A DNA stretch of 64,000 nucleotides. Source: a virus. Both the position numbers and the translations under genes were made by a program. The stretch is from positions 13,477 through 77,476 of the IMG/VR virus record IMGVR_UViG_3300034200_001454; one strand, written 5' to 3'. The notes under the pieces were generated by a model. That model saw only the letters and a program-made list of their open reading frames with translations, searched no databases and was not told where the DNA came from. Below are positions 57,339 through 64,000 of this stretch, piece by piece. How positions within the stretch are numbered: position 1 is the first letter of the stretch; each line of letters opens with the position of its first letter.

Positions 57339-57638
57339 ATGCTGACTATTCTCACTTATCAGTATAACGGCCCGTATTTCCCTTCCACTAAAGGCCGCTA
57401 CCAAGCGGCTCGCTTGAGAGACCTTCTATTCCACGTCAGGCAGGCGATGGAGGATAGGGAAGATACTATTGCCATCTTTGACCAGCAAGGCTCTTGTAGG
57501 GGCATCTGGCGCAGGGATGTTGAAGGACACATAGACAGCGCTGGTGATGCCATCGTTGATCATGAAGGCTATGAGCTGATGCGGCCTGATACCAAGGAGC
57601 AATGGTTATGGAAGAGGCTTCGGGAGCAAGTGAAATGA
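57339..57638 (+). CDS. Hypothetical protein
   Basis: 99 aa ORF. Confidence 0.55.
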   Translation: MLTILTYQYNGPYFPSTKGRYQAARLRDLLFHVRQAMEDREDTIAIFDQQGSCRGIWRRDVEGHIDSAGDAIVDHEGYELMRPDTKEQWLWKRLREQVK

Positions 57639-57877
57639 TCCTCGTTGACTTCTTCTCTGAAGATTGTTGTAAAGGCACGGAACTAATTGAAGGTTGGTAT
57701 TTTTATGCTGATGACAATGAAAGCTTGGTAGGAGGACCATTTACAAGCGAAGAAGCCGCCCTAAAGGCGGCTTTTGATGGTCATGGTTGGTAGGGAAAAT
57801 AATTGCTAGCATGGCGAAACATCGCGAGACTGGCATCTCGTGACGTTTCTAACCACTACCAAAGAAGGAGTTTGGCC

Positions 57878-58537
57878 ATGGCTGAATACAAGCATAGCAG
57901 CGTGCCTACAGGGTTTAAGGAGATCCCTGGGTATGACGGACGCTATTTCATCAATGAGAAGGGCGAGGTGTGGAGCGTGTTGAAAAATCGCTTCATGAGC
58001 AAGCATCTTAACGCGAAGAAGATGTATTTAACTGTGCCATTAAGCCGTAAATGTGAGCGCATGCGTCCGCGATTGATTCACCATCTAATGGCAGTTACTT
58101 GGATGGAGAAATGCCCCGGAGAGTGGGGAGCAGCCCGTGGCAAATACCAAATCAATCACAAAGATGGAAATAAGCAGAATAATTGTCTTGAAAATCTTGA
58201 ATGGGTAAAGCACGAAGAGAATTTAAGGCACGCTTGGGATAATGGATTGCAAAGTGCTGGAGAAGATCGGCCAAATGCCCAATTCATCTCCGAACAGGTA
58301 AGGCAGATTCGCCTAAGGTTGATTGCTGGTGAAAAATGCAAAGCAATCTCTATTGAGCTTGGCGTAAGCGTTGAAAGCATAAAGAAAATTCAACAGTACA
58401 CTTCATGGAAGCGCCAAGACTGGGATTTAATTGAGCCGATGATGAAAATTTGCAAATCAAAATGGTTAAAGGTGACATTGCAGTGCGTGCGAGAGGGAGG
58501 CCACTTTTGGGATTATTCTCGCCCTCGTGTTCTTTGA
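57878..58537 (+). CDS. NUMOD4-HNH homing endonuclease
   Basis: FKEIPGYDGRYFINEKGEVWS; INHKDGNKQNNCLENLEWV; SD AAGGAG. Confidence 0.88.
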   Translation: MAEYKHSSVPTGFKEIPGYDGRYFINEKGEVWSVLKNRFMSKHLNAKKMYLTVPLSRKCERMRPRLIHHLMAVTWMEKCPGEWGAARGKYQINHKDGNKQNNCLENLEWVKHEENLRHAWDNGLQSAGEDRPNAQFISEQVRQIRLRLIAGEKCKAISIELGVSVESIKKIQQYTSWKRQDWDLIEPMMKICKSKWLKVTLQCVREGGHFWDYSRPRVL

Positions 58538-58597
58538 TTTGTAGCACTGGGGCGAGTATCGCCCCATTTATTTTGAAATCGGCTAAGTCTGTATCTA

Positions 58598-58681
58598 AGA
58601 CCCGGCGGCGAGCGTATCAGGCAAGGCCAAGAGTGTATAAGATCCGGCGACGAGTGTATCAGACCCGGCGACGAGCGTATC
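58598..58681. repeat. 4 x 21 bp tandem iteron-like repeats
   Basis: AGACCCGGCGGCGAGCGTATC / AGGCAAGGCCAAGAGTGTATA / AGATCCGGCGACGAGTGTATC / AGACCCGGCGACGAGCGTATC. Confidence 0.9.
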
Positions 58682-58752
58682 ACCTTTCTTTTATATAGTT
58701 TCATCTCATCATCACATCATAACGCTGCCGTTATATGCGCATAGCCGCATAG

Positions 58753-58768
58753 TAGTACAAACGTACTA
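58753..58768. promoter_or_regulatory. LexA-box-like palindrome
   Basis: TAGTAC-AAAC-GTACTA, one mismatch from cyanobacterial TAGTACA-N2-TGTACTA. Confidence 0.5.
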
Positions 58769-58815
58769 GCCTGAGGCGAGGGCGATTCCCCGGTTCTCCG
58801 ATGGGGAATAGGGAG

Positions 58816-58858
58816 AATATACCCTACCTGGCAAGCGTGAAATATACCCTACCTGGCA
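58816..58858. repeat. 2 x 18 bp direct repeat, 25 bp period
   Basis: AATATACCCTACCTGGCA at 58816 and 58841. Confidence 0.9.
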
Positions 58859-59054
58859 GCCGTAGACATAGCCTACTGGTGACGGCCTTAAAAGTAAGCC
58901 ACTGGTGGCGCGCTGATTCTTTCTGCCTACTGGCGCGATTCTGCCGAGCTTCAGTGAGACCAACTGCTGCGCGTGGCTGCCTACTCTCACCAGCGTGATT
59001 CTGCCGCGATCGCCTATGCCTACTGTTCCGCCGTATTTGTGCTGTCTGCCGCAT

Positions 59055-59150
59055 GGCCTTAGGTGAGCCTCACTGCGCAGCGCTAGTTGAGCCCTACTGT
59101 TTAGCGCTAGTTCTCTCTCACTGTTTAGCGCTAGTTGAGCCCTACTGTTC
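59055..59150. repeat. 3-4 x 24 bp tandem repeats
   Basis: AGCGCTAGTTGAGCCCTACTGTTT-like units at 59079, 59103, 59127; degenerate copy at 59055. Confidence 0.9.
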
Positions 59151-59617
59151 AGCCCTAAGTGTAGATGTTTCAATACGTAACGCCGCTGGCGGTTCTGGCG
59201 CTCCCAATGGTATGGGCGCCGATTGTTGCCGATTGTTGCAGCAGCGGATTGTTTCGCAGGTTTCGTGATACGCGCGGGTGCGCGATCGTCTCTCTGCTGC
59301 ACACTGCACGCAGTCTCTCCCTTTTGATAAGCCTGGCTTGTCATTCTGCTGCGGATCGGGCACTGATAAGCCTATCCGCTTATGTCCCGCCAAACGAGTG
59401 CTGACTAATCGCCCGTGCTTATCACAAGCGCTCTCCCCCTTTACGGCCGCTTTTGAGGTCTGTAGTGTTCCCTCAGAACCTAGAAAACTGAAAAGCAACG
59501 ACACCGAGCGCCACCAGGCGTTCGCGCGCGGGCTTTTGTGGCCGCCGTGATGGCGCGGGATCAAATCCCGCCGCGCGCTTTGCCGGCTTCTGCCGGCCTT
59601 TCCCTCTCTTCTCTTTA

Positions 59618-60313
59618 ATGGCTTCTCTTTCTCTTTCCCAGCTCCGTTCTTTCCCTTGGATTGTTTGCGATCGCGCAAGCCTCCGGCCTTGCGACCTTGC
59701 AGACGCCTTTCTTGGTGCTGCCGATACAATCACGGAGCTTCTTTCCCTGCCACGTCCTGACGGTCTGACGCCTGCCGGTTTGCGCTCTTCTTCTGTGGCT
59801 CTTCTGCAAAAGCTTGCAACGGACTCCGCTTCTTTCGTTGCTGACCCAGCTTCAGAAGAAGCGCTTTCAGCGCTGGAAGAGCTTTCCGCTTGGCTAGATT
59901 CTCGCAGCCCCGCGGGCTTCTCTTTCGGCGCTTCTGAAGGAGATGGCGCCTTGTTCGGCTTCTTCCTTTCTTCTGACTGGGAAGAAGCGCTGGAAGAACG
60001 CGGCCTTTCTTCTCTTCTTGAAAACCCTGAAGCTTGCGCTCTTCTTCTGCAAGAAGCGGAAGACATTGGCCTGTGTCCCGATACCTTCTGTGACGGCTTC
60101 CAGGGAGAAGCTGAAGGCTACTCCGAAGAAGAAGCTGGAAGAGACTACGCTCAATGTCTCGCGGAAGAGACAGGAGAATGCGACTTCTCCCGGCTTCCTT
60201 GGCCACAATGCTGTATTGATTGGGCAGAAGCTTGGCAGCTTCTTGAGTACGACGGTTTCACTCTTGCGCCTTCTCCCTGGTCTTGCCGCTGGTATGTTTT
60301 GCGCTCAGTCTGA
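59618..60313 (+). CDS. Acidic protein with C-terminal ArdA-like anti-restriction domain
   Basis: FCDGFQGEAEGYSEEEAGRDYAQCLAEETG...CIDWAEAWQLLEYDGF resembles ArdA C-terminus; N-terminal SPAGFSFGASEGDGALFGF domain. Confidence 0.65.
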   Translation: MASLSLSQLRSFPWIVCDRASLRPCDLADAFLGAADTITELLSLPRPDGLTPAGLRSSSVALLQKLATDSASFVADPASEEALSALEELSAWLDSRSPAGFSFGASEGDGALFGFFLSSDWEEALEERGLSSLLENPEACALLLQEAEDIGLCPDTFCDGFQGEAEGYSEEEAGRDYAQCLAEETGECDFSRLPWPQCCIDWAEAWQLLEYDGFTLAPSPWSCRWYVLRSV

Positions 60314-60368
60314 AGCTTTCTCGGCCGGCTTCTGCCGGCCTTTCTTTCCTTCTCTTTCCTTTCTCACA

Positions 60369-61157
60369 ATGTCCATTGTTCCGGCCTTTCTTTCCACTGT
60401 TCACGATCGCATCGAACGCCTTTCCGCGCTTTCTGGCTCTTTCTACACTGTCAGTCCTGACCGATACATTGGCGGCTGTAATACGTGGGAAAGCTATTCT
60501 CCCTTGGAAGAAGAGGAGCTTTCCTTCTCTTCCTTGGAAGCTACTGCTGGCAGACATTGCGGCTTCTCCAAGCTTTCTCCCTTTGAAACTTTCCAGCGCT
60601 TCTGTGAGAAGAAGCTCCACAACGTGACCGCGCTTGTCTTCTGTCCTGACTACTGCCAAGGAAGCGACTACAGCGGAAGCTTGGTAGAACTTTCTAACTG
60701 TGACGTACTGGCAGAAGACCACTACGGGAAAGGCGTGTGGCGCCTTTATGGCGGCCATGGCTCTTTTGGTCTTGCTTTTGACATACGCTTTCTCACAGAA
60801 GAAGCCCTGGAAGCCCTGGAAAGCTTGCAAGACTACCCGCTAGCTTCAGAAGACAGGCTTTCTGAGCTTGAACTTGAGAAAGACGGAGAAGCTTGGGAAA
60901 GCTGGGCTTCTTCTGACTTTACGAAAGAGCTTCTGAAGCTTCTTTCTTCTTTCTATCAAGAAGCCTCAGAAGACAAGCTAGAAACCCTGGAAGACAAGCT
61001 AGAAAGCTTGGAAGACGAGAAACTTTACGGGCTCTTCCAAGAAGCCTGCGAGATTGGCAACCACTACTGGGAAACCGGACACCAAGACCGCTGGGTTGAT
61101 TGCGAACGCGTGGCAGCTTCTGTCAGCTTCTCTTCTCTCCTGGAGGCTCTGGCGTGA
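60369..61157 (+). CDS. Highly acidic hypothetical protein (DNA-mimic candidate)
   Basis: Start ATG 60369 after repeated leader; SDYSGSLVELSN...DYPLASEDRLSELE...AWESW. Confidence 0.7.
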   Translation: MSIVPAFLSTVHDRIERLSALSGSFYTVSPDRYIGGCNTWESYSPLEEEELSFSSLEATAGRHCGFSKLSPFETFQRFCEKKLHNVTALVFCPDYCQGSDYSGSLVELSNCDVLAEDHYGKGVWRLYGGHGSFGLAFDIRFLTEEALEALESLQDYPLASEDRLSELELEKDGEAWESWASSDFTKELLKLLSSFYQEASEDKLETLEDKLESLEDEKLYGLFQEACEIGNHYWETGHQDRWVDCERVAASVSFSSLLEALA

Positions 61158-61336
61158 TCCGTCTTGCACTTTCCAAGAAAGAAGCTTTCTTCCTTCTTCT
61201 CACCGTAGAAAGCTTCCTGCCAGAAGCTGAGCCAGAAGAACTGGAAGCCCTAGAAAGCTGCCTAGCCAAGCTTCAGGAACTTGCCCCGGCTTCTCCCTTT
61301 AAGACCGCCACAGAAGCCCGTTACAGCCGTTCCTGA
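61154..61336 (+). CDS. 60-aa hypothetical protein
   Basis: GTGA overlap, SD GGAGG at 61142. Confidence 0.6.
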   Translation: MIRLALSKKEAFFLLLTVESFLPEAEPEELEALESCLAKLQELAPASPFKTATEARYSRS

Positions 61337-61360
61337 CGCCCATAGGATGACAACCCCATT

Positions 61361-61390
61361 AGCCCTGCCAGTACTGGTAGGGCTTTTGTT
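61361..61390 (+). terminator. Intrinsic terminator
   Basis: AGCCCTGCCA-GTAC-TGGTAGGGCT-TTTGTT. Confidence 0.8.
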
Positions 61391-61576
61391 TCGCTTGAAA
61401 AAGGGACTATCAGCCACATTTGCACTGCAACTGTCAGTATTAAGTTATATTTCAATTCGCCGTGTTAAGCTTTGCAACAATGCTTGACAGGGCGCAGTAG
61501 CAGGGGGGTGAAAAAAAACTGGGGCTGGGGTATACGCCTCGAAAAGTGGCGCAATTTTTCGTCCAGAAAATCGCTT

Positions 61577-62236
61577 TTATTTACCAAGGAATGGAACAGA
61601 GTCTATGAATTGCTGTTTATCGGGAACTATCACACGTTTTTGCTGAGAGGGGATGAGGAGGGGAATACATTGATGAGCGAGGGATTGATCCAGGGAATTG
61701 AGATGCTGAAGGAGAGGAGCTTTAGCAAGGAACCATTCACCTTCTCGGCGAAGTTCTGCGAATTGCCGATGAAGATGCAATTCCTGCTTGGGGCCATCCA
61801 CCTGATTGAGTGCTAGTAAAAAAATTCTAGGAATAGCCGTAAGGAAAGTTTCAAATCGGCTATGAAGGGAAGATGAATAGCCAATTTTAACAAGAGAAGA
61901 ATCAACAGGATTGGCAATGTAATAAATAATATGCCGACCAATGACACCATGAATATCGCGTGCATATTTTTGCTTCCGTTGGCGTTCTTTTTCTTGAGAC
62001 ACTGTATTGCCGCTGCGAGATGGGCGAGAATAATTCAAGGCCGCTTGGCGTCGACATGCTTTACAGGCAGACTTGAGTCCGTCAGACATTTTTGAATCTT
62101 TTCCAAAAGCAGAGGAAGAAAGAAGAACCTTGCATTGAGAGCAGATCTTAAGTTGTTGAGTGAGAAGATCAGAATGCGCGAGCATGTTTTGCCGGTAAAG
62201 GCCACGATTGTAGCCAAAGCTTTTGACGAGAGACAT
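61577..62236 (-). CDS. Zn-finger plus GIY-YIG (T5orf172-like) endonuclease
   Basis: CSQC..CKAC; IYYI..LVKIGYS...ELHLHRQFAELRREGEWF. Confidence 0.8.
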   Translation of the reverse strand: MSLVKSFGYNRGLYRQNMLAHSDLLTQQLKICSQCKVLLSSSAFGKDSKMSDGLKSACKACRRQAALNYSRPSRSGNTVSQEKERQRKQKYARDIHGVIGRHIIYYIANPVDSSLVKIGYSSSLHSRFETFLTAIPRIFLLALNQVDGPKQELHLHRQFAELRREGEWFLAKAPLLQHLNSLDQSLAHQCIPLLIPSQQKRVIVPDKQQFIDSVPFLGK

Positions 62237-62885
62237 TCAATGTCAAGGAAAAGTGGTAGTACCATAAAGCTAGTAGTTGTACGCTGAAAGCAAGCCGAAG
62301 GCGCCGCTTGAAGCGTTTCCAGTAATAGACAAGACAAATGGAGACGGCCCTAAGCCGTCGTAATGACGCACAAAATCGCGCACTTTCCTTTCCATCGTTC
62401 TCAGCAAAAAGGCGGCCTAAAGCCGTCGTTCAAGCTTTTAAAGATGGTATTGTCCTTAATTTGCCTGTTCCCAGAAGCTACGCATAGCTTGGCCGTGTCA
62501 TCACATAAGACTGACACAGCTTTTTTGAAATTCGCCCCTCGATGGAGAGGCTCCGTCCCTTTGGGGGACTCCGCTACTAGGACATCGGGGCTGGTCTAGC
62601 CTTCTTGTCCGTCACTTCGCGCTTGGGGCGCTCCGTTGGAGGAGAGATGTCCGGGAGGGACTAAGCGGGAGGAGCCGGGCTTGGCGTGTGCTCCGCTTAC
62701 GGTAATCGTATCTCAGCCTGTGGGTCAAATGTGGCTTTTTCCGTATCATGGTGATACAAAAGCTAAAAAATCTTCACAATTTCTCAAGGATTCATAAGGG
62801 CATGGTCGTTTGCTGAAGAATGTATTAAATAATGCATGCACGATTTGTGAGAAGAACTAGCGTAGTAAAACTACGAGCCATTACA

Positions 62886-63077
62886 ATGTTCGGTTTGCCG
62901 GAACGCCAGCCATTTAACTATGGTCCCTATAAGCTTTGGCCATGTTTTAGTAGGCCAGAATTTCAATGGTTTGCAGCGATAGACGGCAAGCCTTGCTATT
63001 TCAAGAGCTTGAACGAAGCGAAGCTGTTTATCAAGGACAAGCTCTCCGTCGAAGACGCCGAGAATTTGTGCGATTGA
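62886..63077 (+). CDS. Hypothetical protein
   Basis: ORF from ATG 62886. Confidence 0.5.
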   Translation: MFGLPERQPFNYGPYKLWPCFSRPEFQWFAAIDGKPCYFKSLNEAKLFIKDKLSVEDAENLCD

Positions 63078-63147
63078 TTTGCTAAAATATTGTGAAGCAG
63101 CGACGTTGGCGCGTCCTGCTTCTGGCCACCTACTACAACTAGATGAC

Positions 63148-63726
63148 ATGGCAAAGCTAGCACATCGCATTCTTCCTCCATTGGAACTATTGGAGGATCT
63201 GTTGACTTTAGATCCAAAAAGTCCAAGTTGGTTGTCTTGGCGCAACCCGCGCAGCAAGAAACTTAAGCCTGGCGATAATGCGGGGTGGCAAGACACGAGC
63301 GGCAGTCGCAATACTGGTTATTTCCAAATAGGACTAAGGCTAAATGGCAAAGATCATCTTTTCCTCGGGCATCGCATTGTTTATTTTCTGTATTACAAAA
63401 TAGATCCTGGCTCATTACAAGTGGATCACATTGACGGCAATAAATTTAATCACAATCCATTGAACTTGCGCCTTGTCTCTGATTCAGGAAACAGGGCAAA
63501 TGCGCCAAAAAGGAACCAACTTACTTCTAGTAAGTTCAAGGGCGTTTGCAGGAATAAGCGTTCAGAGACAAGGCCATGGATGGCGTATATTGATTGGCAA
63601 AAGAAGCGCAAATATTTAGGCACGTTTACCAGTGAAGAGCAGGCTGCAATGGCCTACAACAAGGCTGCAATTGAACTGCATGGATCATACGCTTTTCTTA
63701 ACGATATCGCCATTGTTTCGGAGTAA
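63148..63726 (+). CDS. HNH-AP2 homing endonuclease
   Basis: GHRIVY..VDHIDGNKFNHNPLNLR; SSKFKGV..WMAYI..YLGTF..AAMAYNKAA. Confidence 0.9.
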   Translation: MAKLAHRILPPLELLEDLLTLDPKSPSWLSWRNPRSKKLKPGDNAGWQDTSGSRNTGYFQIGLRLNGKDHLFLGHRIVYFLYYKIDPGSLQVDHIDGNKFNHNPLNLRLVSDSGNRANAPKRNQLTSSKFKGVCRNKRSETRPWMAYIDWQKKRKYLGTFTSEEQAAMAYNKAAIELHGSYAFLNDIAIVSE

Positions 63727-63783
63727 TTTGCGCTAGCCTTCCTTCTGTTGATCGCGCCCCGCCCAGCGGGGCTTTGTTGTCTA

Positions 63784-64000
63784 ATGGGACTCAAGAAGAA
63801 AGCAAAGTGCGAACCAATTGCTCGTACAGGGCGAGTGCAGGATTGGCTTGATAGCCCCGAGGGGCGCCTCGCTGTGAGCTGCACCACATTTGTAGTGGAA
63901 GATTCAATGGAAGGGCCGGATGGAATTGAGGCGTCGTGGCGTTTTGTTTCTCATGCTCTCCGCAATGCCGCTGGCGCTGCTGTTAATTTGTCAAAACTTC
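63784..64000 (+). CDS. nrdJ: Class II ribonucleotide reductase, cyanophage type (5' fragment)
   Basis: IARTGRVQDWLDSPEGRLAVSCTTFVVEDSMEGPDGIEASWRFVSHALR. Confidence 0.8.
   Translation, partial: MGLKKKAKCEPIARTGRVQDWLDSPEGRLAVSCTTFVVEDSMEGPDGIEASWRFVSHALRNAAGAAVNLSKL

Noticed and set aside
58513-58704. ORFs with 7-aa repeats
   Set aside because: By-product of the 21-bp repeats
58598-59150. Mini-CRISPR array
   Set aside because: Repeats are head-to-tail with no unique spacers; no cas operon, and the Cas4-like gene sits in a recombination module
59943-60368. N-terminal extension making a 404-aa ORF, and the long antisense ORFs in this island
   Set aside because: Overlaps the ArdA-like gene; stop-poor composition creates spurious frames; repeated leader marks ATG 60369
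62743-62757. NtcA box
   Set aside because: GTA-N9-TAC, one base longer than canonical N8
1-64000. Alternative genetic code, tRNA genes, photosynthesis genes, purZ, integrase
   Set aside because: Genes end normally at TAA, TAG and TGA; none of these genes recognised in this window

Overview
A 64 kb slice of a tailed dsDNA phage genome. It is siphovirus-like and probably infects a picocyanobacterium (Synechococcus/Cyanobium), judged from the cyanophage-type class II RNR and the HLR1-, LexA- and HIP1-like motifs. Gene order: glycosyltransferase cluster (1-3.2 kb); head module (DUF2213 protease/scaffold, decoration protein, DUF2184-type major capsid); neck and tail module with tape measure, tail tip and long fibres (to ~34 kb), interrupted by a small-gene cassette island; reverse-strand lysis, nucleotide metabolism (ThyX, dCTP deaminase) and recombination genes; an intein-containing primase-helicase; many small early-type genes behind repeated promoter modules; a ~1 kb repeat-rich non-coding block; a compositionally anomalous ArdA-like island; and the start of nrdJ. 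Best leads: (1) repeated promoter cassettes carrying perfect cyanobacterial RpaB (HLR1) boxes at activator distance; (2) an ApT-depleted, low-complexity anti-restriction island next to an iteron/LexA-box control region; (3) a -1 frameshift missed by the ORF track that fuses two head-associated ORFs; (4) a ~215 nt structured ncRNA; (5) a junction-motif gene-cassette array inside the tail-fibre locus. All family assignments are by eye from motifs; no database searches were run.
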